From assembly GCA_964016885.1 (NCBI GenBank), contig OZ024761.1:15562001-15626000 (forward strand): a DNA stretch of 64,000 bases, in the 5' to 3' direction. Within the stretch, counting starts at the first letter, position 1; the number at the start of each line of letters is the position of its first letter. The notes below the pieces were generated by a model. The model had not been told where the DNA came from and searched no databases. It worked only from the letters and a program-made list of their open reading frames with translations. The DNA comes from Eledone cirrhosa. Its lineage: Eukaryota. Shown here piece by piece: positions 1 through 12,942 of the stretch. The translations under genes were made by a program, and so were the position numbers.

Positions 1-312
1 TCTTCTTCCAATTAGCATAATTAACCATATAAAAAATCAATTAGACCAAGCTATAAGAGGAAAGGCTCTTATGAAGAAATCTTCGACAAATAACCGAAAG
101 TGGCCTCTTCGCGGTGGCCCCAATATTGTATATTTATCCAACATTTCGACAGCATGTAGAAACTGACTAAATATATCATCAACCATACACAATTAGGTGT
201 AAAATTAAACTTAGAAGATATGTGCACATACCGTAATTACGGTATGTACACATATGTTGATTTAAAACTGCACTATCCGCAAGTGTTTTTTAACCTTCAT
301 ATCATGTCTTCC

Positions 313-381
313 TATTTTATCTGATGAAAACACATATTATTGCATGATGATATTTGTTTTTGAAATGCGCATAATAAAATA
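313..381 (+). ncRNA. Type I hammerhead ribozyme, family A (in ~160-bp dispersed repeat 250-412)
   Basis: tattttat-CTGATGA-aaaca..tgttttt-GAAA-tgcgca-TA-ataaaata: stem I pairs perfectly, core intact, palindromic stem III. A second copy is at 27326-27396. Confidence 0.8.
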
Positions 382-410
382 CATGGAACTCTTTTAACCA
401 TCTTTTGTTC

Positions 411-1010
<600 letters not shown>

Positions 1011-1011
1011 T

Positions 1012-1108
1012 GTAGATAAATCTACCAAAATGTACGGTAGTGTCCAATCCGTATGAAGAACTCAATGTAATCCGAATATCATGAAAAGATGATATTTGCC
1101 AAAAAGAC

Positions 1109-1110
<2 letters not shown>
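1012..1110 (-). mobile_element. 3' end fragment of short repeat family E (putative Penelope pLTR-derived)
   Basis: Reverse complement matches 30495-30560 and 35710-35770 (ggattacattgagttcttcatacgg...). Flanked by (TA)n. Confidence 0.6.
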
Positions 1111-1176
<66 letters not shown>

Positions 1177-1194
1177 ATGCACGTATGTATATAT

Positions 1195-1546
1195 GTACGT
1201 ATGTACGTCGAAGACACGCTTCGGTCACGAATGACCATGTGATTTGCACCTAGAAAGTTTCCCTCCGAGGCACAAGTCCAGGCAAGGTTGTTTGTGGAAG
1301 ACCAGTAGTCACCCATGCATACCAGTCTCCCCTCTCCACGTCACCGATGATGTCCAAGGGAAAGGCAATGACCGATACAGCTTGGCACCAGTGACATCGC
1401 AACTCATTTCTATAGCTGAGTAAACTGAAGCAACTTGAAATGAAGAGTCTTGCTCAAGGGCACAATGCATCACCCTGTCCGAGATTCGAACTCACAACTT
1501 TCCGATTGCAAACCCAAAGCTCTAACCACTAAGCTATGCGCCTTCA
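1195..1546 (-). mobile_element. tRNA-derived SINE
   Basis: Minus strand has an A-box (tagcttagtgg), a B-box (gttcgaatc) and a ccttgagcaag core. Related heads occur at 1735, 5780, 9221 and 22836. Confidence 0.75.
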
Positions 1547-1734
1547 AACAACTACCTATCCTATACTATGCAGGTAAATGCAGACCTGGCAACCTCTAAA
1601 AACCCCAATGGGGAGTACCATAAAAAAGACTACTCCAAAACGGGGAGATTTTACATAATGAAAGCTATACCCATTTTCACAAGAGAACATATCTCTCACC
1701 CACCCCAAAGTAGGTGCGAGATCTCTGAGTAAAC

Positions 1735-1848
1735 TTGAGCAGCGTGAAATCAAGTGTCTTGCTCAAGGACACAAAGCATTACTCGTTCCGAGAATCGAAC
1801 TCACAGCCTTTCAACTGCAAGCCCAGCGCTCCAACCAATAAGCAAGGC

Positions 1849-1849
<1 letters not shown>
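1735..1849 (-). mobile_element. tRNA-derived SINE head fragment
   Basis: gtgtcttgctcaaggacac...gaatcgaactcac motif shared with the other SINE copies. Confidence 0.65.
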
Positions 1850-1897
<48 letters not shown>

Positions 1898-2127
1898 CGT
1901 ATTGGTCCCCTGGATATTATAAGGAAAGGCGACACAAGACACATTATAATGTTCAACACTGAAATTAATGTAAGTATATGGGAGAGAGAGAGAGAAAGAG
2001 GGGGGGATACACACACACACACACACACACACAGTGTATGACTAATCCTTACATTGGGTCTCAAGTACTCTGTTACACGACAGTGAAATTAAGTCTTCTG
2101 CCATGGTAAATATATATACGTATATAT

Positions 2128-2169
<42 letters not shown>

Positions 2170-2301
2170 TGCACTTTAAATGAGTTTTTCATAATTATAG
2201 AAGTATCTGGTAACTAACACTCTATATACACGTGTGTGTTTGTAAGTATAAACATCTCTACACACATATATATATATATATATATGCATAGACACGCTTG
2301 A

Positions 2302-2417
<116 letters not shown>

Positions 2418-2724
2418 TTGAATACATATATATACACACACATACACACATATATACACACACACGTATAAATACACACATGTATATATACACACACAAA
2501 CATATATATGCATACATTCATATATACATACATGTATATATACATACATACATATATATACATATACACATGTCAACGGACATATCCATCATCATTTGGT
2601 GTCAAACTCAACAGGATTGCAGAAGCACGCACCAGTACGCGAGTACGAGTACGCATGCGCGCTAATGAGCAAGAACATATGCACAGTTTGACATCGTGTG
2701 ATAATTGATATGTCTGTGTGTATA

Positions 2725-3634
2725 TGTGTGTCTGTCTACCTGTCTGTCTATATATATACATAGAGACAGACACACATACGTACACATATGTGTATGCATA
2801 TATATATTTATATATATCTAATACATATTTGTGAAATGGGTGGTGGTTGAAATTCAGATGTGCACGGTTAAATGGTAGTAGACGTGGTCGGACGGACATG
2901 AAAATTTACACACCTATGTAAAAAGTGCCAAGGAAGCAAATAGACGAGGTTTCAAATCTCTAACTTGAAAAATGTGGTCCCTAGGGCCCCCAAACGGTCT
3001 ATTTACTATCGCGTTCGGTGAGTTATTTCCCCCTGTTCTAATACTTGGATGAGTTATTTACAATTTCATACACATTTTTAAACTCATCAACGTCCTTTCG
3101 CTGTTAACATACAGTACCAATAATTGGAAAAATACTATTGAAAGTTTATTATAAAGAAGCAGTTTCAGGAAAAAAAATAGAAATATGCACTTGGGGCTGG
3201 ACGGCGTACAATGAGAAGTGGAGCGACGTGAAAAGCGTTGTTTATTAACAGCGAAATAGCAATGTCGATGATATGCAAGTTTGAAAATGCAGATTAATAA
3301 ACTGTTGCCTTCTACAGTACGTTTCATTTTCATTTTTCAATTACAATTGCTCTATATTAAGTTTAAATACTTCTATAACGATGATACAGTACCGTTTTAT
3401 GAAATCGATTCTGCAGTAGAATTTTACGAAATGCCAAATCGAAAAAGGTCACTGTTTTCTAACAAAAGAAATATAACCCTTACCTTCTCATTGTACGCCG
3501 TCCAGCCCCAAGTGCATATTTCTATTGTTTTTTTCCCTGAAACTGCTTCTTTATAATAAACTTTCAATAATATTTTTCAAATTATTAACTTAAGAAAAAA
3601 GTGGCCCCGGGTGCAACCGGGCTCAGCTGCTAGT
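2725..3634 (+). mobile_element. Possible non-autonomous Helitron/Helentron-like element
   Basis: 3' GC-rich hairpin gcccc(g)gg-tgcaa-ccgggc followed by CTAG-T at 3630-3634, and a tgtc microsatellite near the 5' part. 5' boundary uncertain. Confidence 0.35.
3119..3585. repeat. ~100-bp inverted repeat with ~265-bp spacer
   Basis: 3119-3218 is the near-perfect reverse complement of 3484-3585. No TSD seen. Confidence 0.8.
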
Positions 3635-3962
3635 ATATATATATATATATTAAAATAACAGATTAAAGTTTAAGCAAAGAATCGCTGCTTTCACCCTTAA
3701 CGGGATCTCCTGAAACATATACATACACAAACATACACACATTTACATACACGTTTATATATATGCTTATATGTCGAAATTAATATCACAACTTTTCATA
3801 TACATACAAATATATAAATATTAATATATACTTCCATACATACATAAATATGTGTGCATAGATACATACATTCAGACGTGCATATATATACATATACACA
3901 CACACACATATATATATATATGTACATTCTTCTTCAAATTAGTCTTCAAATTTATTATTATT

Positions 3963-4008
<46 letters not shown>

Positions 4009-4374
4009 ATATATATACGTTTATATATATATATAAATGCACACATACGTACACACACACATATAAATATACGCACACAAGCGTATTATATAGACACACC
4101 CATCTATACAAGTTTATATATACATATGTGTATGTATGTATATATAATTATATAGTGATACAATATGTAGAGAATGTGTATATATACATGTACGTTCGAA
4201 TGCTTGTATGTATGTATATGTATATATATATATATACTAATACAATATGTAGAGAATGTATATATATATATATATATATGTGCGTATGTATATATGTATA
4301 TATATGCACGTCTGAATATATATATACATATACATGCATATATATATATATGTATATATATGCACGTCTGAATG

Positions 4375-4429
<55 letters not shown>

Positions 4430-5477
4430 ATATATATGCACGTCTGAATGTATGTATATATGTACACATATTTATGTATGTATGGAAGTATATATTAATA
4501 TTTATATATTTGTATGTATATGAAAAGTTATGATATTAATTTCGATATATTGGCATATATATAAACGTGTATGTAAATGTTTGTGTGTGTGTGTACGTTT
4601 ATGTGTGTGTGTCTGTGTATGTATATGTATGTGTACGTTTATGTGTATGTGTATGCATATGCGTGTGTGTGTATATGTGCGTGTGTATTTATATGTGTGT
4701 GTGTACGTTTATGTGTATGTATGTATGTATATGTGTGTGTATATGTATGTGTGTGTGTTTCCATGTATGTGTGCTTATGTATATGTGCGTGTACGTTTAA
4801 GTGTTTGTGTATGTATATGTGTGTATATGTATATGTCTGTGTACATTTGTGTGTTTGTATATGTATGTGTCTGTATATATATATATATATGTGTGTGTAT
4901 GTATATGTGTGTGTACGTTTATGTGCGTGTATGTATGTGTGTGTGTACATTTGTGTGTACATTTGTGTGTGTGTGTGTGTGTGTCTGTGTATATATGTGT
5001 GTGTATATATATATGTGTGTGTGTCTGTATATATATATATGTGTGTGTGTATGTATATGTGTGTGTACGTTTATGTGCGTGTATGTATATGTGTGTGTAC
5101 ATTTGTGTGTGTGTGTGTGTGTGTGTGTCTGTGTATATATATATATATGTGTGTGTATATATATATATATGTGTGTGTATATATATATATATGCGTGTGT
5201 GTATGTATATGTGTATGTGTATGTTTATGTGTGCGTGTAATGTTGTATAATGCCATAGTGTAACTCGATATCAAATATCGCCGTTTAAACAGTAATGGCT
5301 GACCTAAGCGGTGTACTGTGATATATTTAGAAGTAGCTGCGCACACGTCTAGCTTATTCGATATTCACACACACACACACACACAAACACACAAACACAC
5401 ACAAATATATATACACATATACACACATACACAAATAAATATATACACATATACACACATACATATAAATATATATA

Positions 5478-5696
5478 TAACGAAGGAAATGTGGTAAGGA
5501 ACCAGGTGGACCATAACGCACCAAATATATATATATATATATATATATATTCTGGACTGAGTCCAGAATTAGCCGTCGAAACGGCTTGAGCTCAGCCGTC
5601 GGGGTCCTACTTGCTCCTATTACCCACTCTACTACCCTAAGTATTGAGTACTTTGGTGCGTTATGGTCCATCTGGTTCCTTACCACATTTCCTTCG

Positions 5697-5698
<2 letters not shown>
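5478..5698. mobile_element. Short repeat family C (fold-back, carries 3' half of a hammerhead)
   Basis: aacgaaggaaatgtggtaaggaacc... family with GAAA-cggct..agccg-TC. Copies at 8272-8460, 8600-8770, 16545-16873, 21144-21335, 24808-25010, 48415-48620, 53161-53397. Confidence 0.7.
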
Positions 5699-5761
<63 letters not shown>

Positions 5762-5779
5762 TACACACACATTTATACA

Positions 5780-6001
5780 TCGACAGTCGATCGACTTTCG
5801 TCAAATCCGACCGAGGAAACAATGTTTCCATTAGTCTTTCCAGTTGCTAGTACTATCTATCGGTCGCAACTCCAGGTAGAAGGAGCAACGTGAAATAAAG
5901 TGTCTTGCTCAAGGACATAACGCATCGCGCGGTCTGGGAATCGAACTCACAACCTTACGATTGCGAATCCAATTCTCTAACCACTAAGCCAGGCGCCTTC
6001 A
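5780..6001 (-). mobile_element. tRNA-derived SINE
   Basis: A/B boxes on the minus strand. Closely similar copy at 9221-9436. Confidence 0.75.
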
Positions 6002-6774
6002 CATTTATACATATAGATACATGTATATACACATATATGCATATATATATACACACACATACATACATATTCACACACACACACACATACATATATATAT
6101 ACAAATACATGCATACATTCATATACACATATACATAGATACACATACACACAGGCATACATTAATATACACACAAACATACATTCATCTACCCACACAC
6201 ACACTCACAAACACAAATATACATATACACACACATACAAACATACATACACACATACATAGATGCACATACACACAGGCATACATTCATATACATATAC
6301 ATGCATACATTCATATACACACACATAAATACACATACACACAGGCATACATTCATATACATGCATACATTCATATACACACATACATAAATACACATAC
6401 ACACAGGCATACATTCATATACACACATACATAAATACACATACACACAGGCATACATTCATATACATGCATACATTCATATACACACATACATAAATAC
6501 ACATACACACAGGCATACATTCATATACACACATACATAAATACACATACACACAGGCATACATTCATATACATGCATACATTCATATACACACATACAT
6601 AAATACACATACACACAGGCATACATTCATATACACACATACATAAATACACATACACACAGGCATACATTCATATACACACATACATAAATACACATAC
6701 ACACAGGCATACATTCATATACACACAAATATACATTCATCTACACACACACACACACACACATTCAAAAATGG

Positions 6775-7047
6775 AATGATCATCATCATCATTCGTCGAC
6801 TACTGTCGAGATGATGGATCTCACTCTCATGCCCCAGAATTCCCTGTCCCCCATTGCTGCCCCCAGGTCCTGTCTACTGATTCCCGTATCCCTAGAGATA
6901 ACGTCAGGGAATGACAGCTTCCTACTCCTAGTCAGGCTGGAGTCAGGGTTCCAGAGCAAGAGAGCGGATATGATTTCATTGCTGGCACGGTGACAGCGGC
7001 CAGCAAATTGAGCTCACCGGGATTTTAGAAGGGCAGAAGCTCGAGGA
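6775..7047 (-). mobile_element. RTE-clade LINE 3' end (degenerate ORF C-terminus + (TGA)n tail)
   Basis: Manual translation QFAGRCHR..LLLWNP..SFPDVISRDTG..AMGDREFW resembles the RTE ORF C-terminus. Ends in tgatgatga. Confidence 0.65.
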
Positions 7048-7187
7048 ATGAACTACAGTAGGGTTTCTCTATGCTTCCAAACTGATATAAATTATATAAT
7101 TTTGAATGTCGCAGCGGTGGAACTAAAATACATTAAGAACATATCAGGCAATGAATTGACAAAAATGGCGGATAGAATGGTTTACGG

Positions 7188-7528
7188 CAGGGGTTCTCAA
7201 ACTTTTTTTCGCTGTGGACCACCAAAATAAGTAATTTTTTCCTGTGAACCACCTAAACTTTTAAATCTTTTGTAATAGAACTGTGTTACTTATAAGCATC
7301 AGTACATGTTTTTTTTTCAATGAATTAGAAAATGATATTATCATGTCGCAGTGCCTAAAAATCTAAGCAAATAAACAGCTGCAGTCGTACTTATGTGAAG
7401 AATAAGAACAGCGCTTTAAGTCAAATGCATGGATCAAAAAAGAATTTGCTATTGAAAATTTTCTGTGGACCACCTGAATTTTCCTGTGGACCACTAGTGG
7501 TCCACGTGGACCAGGTTGAGAACCCCTG
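7188..7528. mobile_element. hAT-superfamily MITE
   Basis: TIRs caggggttctcaa / ttgagaacccctg, perfect 8-bp TSD GTTTACGG (7180-7187, 7529-7536), subterminal tgtggaccac repeats. Confidence 0.9.
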
Positions 7529-7567
7529 GTTTACGGTATAATCTGTTCTCTTATACTCACACATACT

Positions 7568-7610
<43 letters not shown>

Positions 7611-7682
7611 CTCTGTAATGCTGGTGTGGACTTGAGGAAAGATAATGTTATAACTGTAAACCATAGCGGAGCTCCGAGGTAT

Positions 7683-7876
7683 TAGGCCAGTAATTTGGGA
7701 GGAGGGAAAAGTTGATTAAATCGACCTCAGTACGTTACTGGTACTTTATTTTATCGACCCCGTAAGGATGAAAAGCAAAGTTAACCTCGGCGGGATTTGA
7801 ACTCAGATCATAAAGGGCCGTAACTCTATGCTACAAAGCATCGTGTCCGACTCTATCGATACTGCCAATCCACCGT
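7683..7876 (-). mobile_element. tRNA-derived SINE (second family; ...gagttcaaatcccgccgagg...cggggtcgataaaataaagtaccagt)
   Basis: Multi-copy in window: 20087, 20696, 23090, 32240, 45160, 51045, 58267. Confidence 0.75.
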
Positions 7877-8094
7877 CTTGGTACAGAGGAAATAATAACA
7901 TTTATTCATCACAGTTCAGGAATGTCACTAAACTTTTCTCAATAATCTCCCCCTTTCCGGTACTGGGAATGTAGGATCAATCACACCTTGTTCAATATCC
8001 CGCTGTGTCATCATGGCATCCTCAGCACTACTTCATGTCGGTCAACTTGTGAAATACGTTTCTATTTATAGAGAACATTACACGGATGTGTAAT

Positions 8095-8159
<65 letters not shown>

Positions 8160-8183
8160 ATAGCTTCCATTTATTAATATTAT

Positions 8184-8262
<79 letters not shown>

Positions 8263-8506
8263 ATATATATATAACGAAGGAAATGTGGTAAGGAACCAGG
8301 TGGACCATAACGCACCAAAGTACTCAATACTTGGGGTAGTAGAGTGGGTAATAGGAACAAGTAAGACCCCGACGGCTGAGCTCAAGCCGTTTCGACGGCT
8401 AATTCTCAGAAATATCCGTCGAAACGGCTTGAGCTCTGCCGTCGGGGTCATATATTTTACTAATATATATATATATATATATATATCAATAATATTAATA
8501 AATGGA

Positions 8507-8550
<44 letters not shown>

Positions 8551-9220
8551 TCCATTTATTAATATTATTGATATATATATATATATATATATATTAGTAA
8601 AATATATGACCCCGACGGCAGAGCTCAAGCCGTTTCGACGGATATTTTGAAACGGCTTGAGCTCTGCAAACGGGGTCATACCTTTTCCTATTACCCACTT
8701 TACTACCCTAAGTATTGAGTACTCTGGTGCGTTATGGTCCATCTGGTTCCTTACCACAATTCCTTCGTTATATAATATATATATATATATATAATATATA
8801 TAATATATATATATAATATATATATATAATATATATATATAATATATATATATAATATATATATATAATATATATATATAATATATATATATAATATATA
8901 TATATAATATATATATATAATATATATATAATATATATATATAATATATATATATAATATATATATATAATATATATATATAATATATATATATAATATA
9001 TATATAATATATATATATAATATATATATATAATATATATATAATATATATATATAATATATATATATAATATATATATAATATATATATATAATATATA
9101 TATATAATATATATATATAATATATATATATAATATATATATATAATATATATATAATATATATATATAATATATATATAATAAATATATATATATAATA
9201 TATATATTTTTTTTTTAGGA

Positions 9221-9436
9221 ACGATCGGCTTTCGTCAAATCGGACCGAGGAAACAATGTTTCCGTTGGTCTTTCCAATTGCTAATACTATCTATCGGTCG
9301 CAACTCCAGGTAGAAGGAGCAACGTGAAATAAAGTGTCTTGCTCAAGGACATAACGCATCACCTGGTCCAGGAATCGAACTTACAACATAACGATTGTGA
9401 ATCCAATTCTCTTACCACTCAGCCACGCACCTTCAC
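9221..9436 (-). mobile_element. tRNA-derived SINE
   Basis: Similar to 5780-6001. Confidence 0.75.
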
Positions 9437-9449
9437 TATATATAATATA

Positions 9450-9679
9450 TAGTAATAATAATAAATGTAAAGATTAAAATCCGAAGAGGGCTCGACAAGT
9501 ATAATATATATATAAATATATATATAACCATAGAGCAAAAATTTATTAAAATAACAGATTAAAGTTTAAGCAAATAATCGCTGCTTTCACCCTTAACGAG
9601 TTCTTCTGAGTTTCAGAAGATCCCGTTAAGGGTGAAAGCAGCGATTCTTTGCTTAAACTTTAATCTGTTATTTTAATAA

Positions 9680-9682
<3 letters not shown>
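9450..9682. mobile_element. Short repeat family D fold-back (degenerate HHR-like motif)
   Basis: Palindrome centred near 9610. Same family at 3648-3715 and 27820-28080. Contains cagaaga-tccc..gggt-GAAA (non-canonical core). Confidence 0.55.
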
Positions 9683-9710
<28 letters not shown>

Positions 9711-9752
9711 CAGAGAGAGAGAGACAGAGAGAGAGACAGAGAGAGAGAGAGA

Positions 9753-10529
9753 TTTCTTTATTAGCCACAGGGGCACAAAAGAAGGGGACAAATACAAAGG
9801 GGGAAGTTTACATACAATAAAAACGTGTAAAATGTTATCACAAATACAATTTAAAAAGTTAGTCGATTTTCCCCAATAGGGGGAGACAGTTTATATGGGT
9901 AACACATACCCCCGAAAAAATGTGCAACCCTCATCTCCAGGAGTACGAAGAGTTTGTACTCCTTTCCTCTCCTCCTCCTTTTCCTCAACCTACAGGCTGA
10001 TATAGAGAGAAGGCCCATTCACTCGGGCCATTCTCGCCACTTTCACCCACCTTTCATAAAACTTGCTGGGGTACAGCACCTCTCTCTCCAAAGTGGTATT
10101 TGAAAAAAAGAATCAGTTGTTGGCCGGAGAGAAAGGTGTCTGACCTCAACCCTTTCAACCTTGTCCACCATACAACCTCTTTCGCCATAGCTATCACACA
10201 AAGGAAAACCGCCTCTCCTTCGTTTTTGAAGGAGGGTGGCGGTTTGATCATGACAATGGACTCGGTGGTCAACCGGATTGGTCCCACCCGCGACAATAGT
10301 CGTTCTACATAGCCCCACAGGTCGGTTACGCCCGGGCAGTGTACAATTGCGTGCAGGACTGTTTCAATGTCCTGCGCGCACCTTGGACACGTCCTCTTGG
10401 AAGGATCCCTGCCGGGGCGTCCGTGCCTGTAGATCTTGTCACGAACCGGTAGAGCTCCTCGGTAGCACTGCCAGGCCAGGGACCTCTGGAAGTTGTCCAT
10501 AGGTCCCGAGCGGAAAGTCCTACCAAACA
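9753..10529 (-). mobile_element. 5'-truncated Tx1/L1-clade LINE 3' end (zf-RVT-like C-terminus + 3' UTR)
   Basis: ORF 10054-10548 has W..YRGALPV..CPRC..ETVLHAIVHC..LW. aataaa then a (TC)n tract at the 3' junction. Confidence 0.8.
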
Positions 10530-10638
10530 GATAGATAGATAGATACATAGATAGATATGTGTGTACATATGTATATAGTAGTATTTTTAGAGAAAATTTA
10601 AACGGATGTGTATATAAATATGTGTGTGATAGATATAG

Positions 10639-10670
<32 letters not shown>

Positions 10671-10750
10671 TTTAAGTATTTCCGTAGAAAAGTTAAAGGA
10701 AAGAAGAGTGGTCTATATATAGGACAGAGCTGTTTAATTATGTAATAAAC

Positions 10751-10832
10751 ATGAACGAAATAGACGTTTCTGTTAGAATCGTCTAACTTCGTGAAACCTT
10801 GGGTAATGGAAAAATTATATTGCGTTGTTTAT
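10751..10832 (+). ncRNA. 5'-truncated hammerhead (related to 23582-23649)
   Basis: ..ATGA-acgaa.tagacg..cgtcta.ttcgt-GAAA-cc-ttg-gg-TA-atgga. The core is cut at its 5' side. Confidence 0.55.
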
Positions 10833-10980
10833 TATATATATATATATATATATATATGAATATAGACATAGAATATTCGAAAATATTCTGTATGTTTATA
10901 ATAAACATTTTGAAGACCTAATCGCTATAGAATAGAATACGTCACGTATTACAATTAGATTCTCGATAAAAGCAAGGGAA

Positions 10981-11023
10981 GTAATCTACGCGTTTCATTC
11001 TTGTTAGAAATCATCAGGACTAC
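10981..11023 (-). ncRNA. Type I hammerhead ribozyme (repeated at 11291, 11601, 11911, 12221, 12531; truncated at 12841)
   Basis: Reverse complement: gtagtc-CTGATGA-tttctaacaagaat-GAAA-cgcg-TA-gattac. Confidence 0.88.
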
Positions 11024-12899
11024 ATATCCAGTGCTTTTATCGAGAATGACACAGCTAGAGACTTATAGAATACTTAGCTGTGTACAGGAACTGGTTTGAA
11101 AGAGCGGTTGCCGGTCCGGCAGAAATTAGAAATTGGAATAAATGCTCTGAAATAGCGATATATATGTGAATATAGACATAGAATATTCGAAAATATTCTG
11201 TATGTTTATAATAAACATTTTGAAGACCTAATCGCTATAGAATAGAATACGTCACGTATTACAATTAGATTCTCGATAAAAGCAAGGGAAGTAATCTACG
11301 CGTTTCATTCTTGTTAGAAATCATCAGGACTACATATCCAGTGCTTTTATCGAGAATGACACAGCTAGAGACTTATAGAATACTTAGCTGTGTACAGGAA
11401 CTGGTTTGAAAGAGCGGTTGCCGGTCCGGCAGAAATTAGAAATTGGAATAAATGCTCTGAAATAGCGATATATATGTGAATATAGACATAGAATATTCGA
11501 AAATATTCTGTATGTTTATAATAAACATTTTGAAGACCTAATCGCTATAGAATAGAATACGTCACGTATTACAATTAGATTCTCGATAAAAGCAAGGGAA
11601 GTAATCTACGCGTTTCATTCTTGTTAGAAATCATCAGGACTACATATCCAGTGCTTTTATCGAGAATGACACAGCTAGAGACTTATAGAATACTTAGCTG
11701 TGTACAGGAACTGGTTTGAAAGAGCGGTTGCCGGTCCGGCAGAAATTAGAAATTGGAATAAATGCTCTGAAATAGCGATATATATGTGAATATAGACATA
11801 GAATATTCGAAAATATTCTGTATGTTTATAATAAACATTTTGAAGACCTAATCGCTATAGAATAGAATACGTCACGTATTACAATTAGATTCTCGATAAA
11901 AGCAAGGGAAGTAATCTACGCGTTTCATTCTTGTTAGAAATCATCAGGACTACATATCCAGTGCTTTTATCGAGAATGACACAGCTAGAGACTTATAGAA
12001 TACTTAGCTGTGTACAGGAACTGGTTTGAAAGAGCGGTTGCCGGTCCGGCAGAAATTAGAAATTGGAATAAATGCTCTGAAATAGCGATATATATGTGAA
12101 TATAGACATAGAATATTCGAAAATATTCTGTATGTTTATAATAAACATTTTGAAGACCTAATCGCTATAGAATAGAATACGTCACGTATTACAATTAGAT
12201 TCTCGATAAAAGCAAGGGAAGTAATCTACGCGTTTCATTCTTGTTAGAAATCATCAGGACTACATATCCAGTGCTTTTATCGAGAATGACACAGCTAGAG
12301 ACTTATAGAATACTTAGCTGTGTACAGGAACTGGTTTGAAAGAGCGGTTGCCGGTCCGGCAGAAATTAGAAATTGGAATAAATGCTCTGAAATAGCGATA
12401 TATATGTGAATATAGACATAGAATATTCGAAAATATTCTGTATGTTTATAATAAACATTTTGAAGACCTAATCGCTATAGAATAGAATACGTCACGTATT
12501 ACAATTAGATTCTCGATAAAAGCAAGGGAAGTAATCTACGCGTTTCATTCTTGTTAGAAATCATCAGGACTACATATCCAGTGCTTTTATCGAGAATGAC
12601 ACAGCTAGAGACTTATAGAATACTTAGCTGTGTACAGGAACTGGTTTGAAAGAGCGGTTGCCGGTCCGGCAGAAATTAGAAATTGGAATAAATGCTCTGA
12701 AATAGCGATATATATGTGAATATAGACATAGAATATTCGAAAATATTCTGTATGTTTATAATAAACATTTTGAAGACCTAATCGCTATAGAATAGAATAC
12801 GTCACGTATTACAATTAGATTCTCGATAAAAGCAAGGGAAGTAATCTACGCGTTTCATTCTTGTTAGAAATCATCATTCTCGATAAAAGCACTGGATAT

Positions 12900-12942
12900 G
12901 TAGTCCTGATGATTTCTAACAAGAATGAAACGCGTAGATTAC
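12900..12942 (+). ncRNA. Type I hammerhead ribozyme (repeated at 13210, 13520, 13830)
   Basis: gtagtc-CTGATGA-t-ttct-aaca-agaa-t-GAAA-cgcg-TA-gattac. Stem I is extended by a 16-bp helix (attctcgataaaagca/tgcttttatcgagaat) beyond an internal loop. Predicted cleavage after GUA at 12936. Confidence 0.88.

Noticed and set aside
1470-1546. tRNA genes
   Set aside because: A/B-box heads continue into SINE bodies and do not form full cloverleaves; they are SINE heads.
7985-8070. Possible minus-strand exon (ag..ATGATGACACAGCGG..AAG/gt); similar unique islands at 32860-33085, 40255-40335 and 57240-57350
   Set aside because: Short, no recognisable protein, splice signals could be chance; needs RNA-seq.
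9605-9650. Family D cagaaga..GAAA motif as an active hammerhead
   Set aside because: U4 is replaced in all copies and no clear stem III/NUH site.
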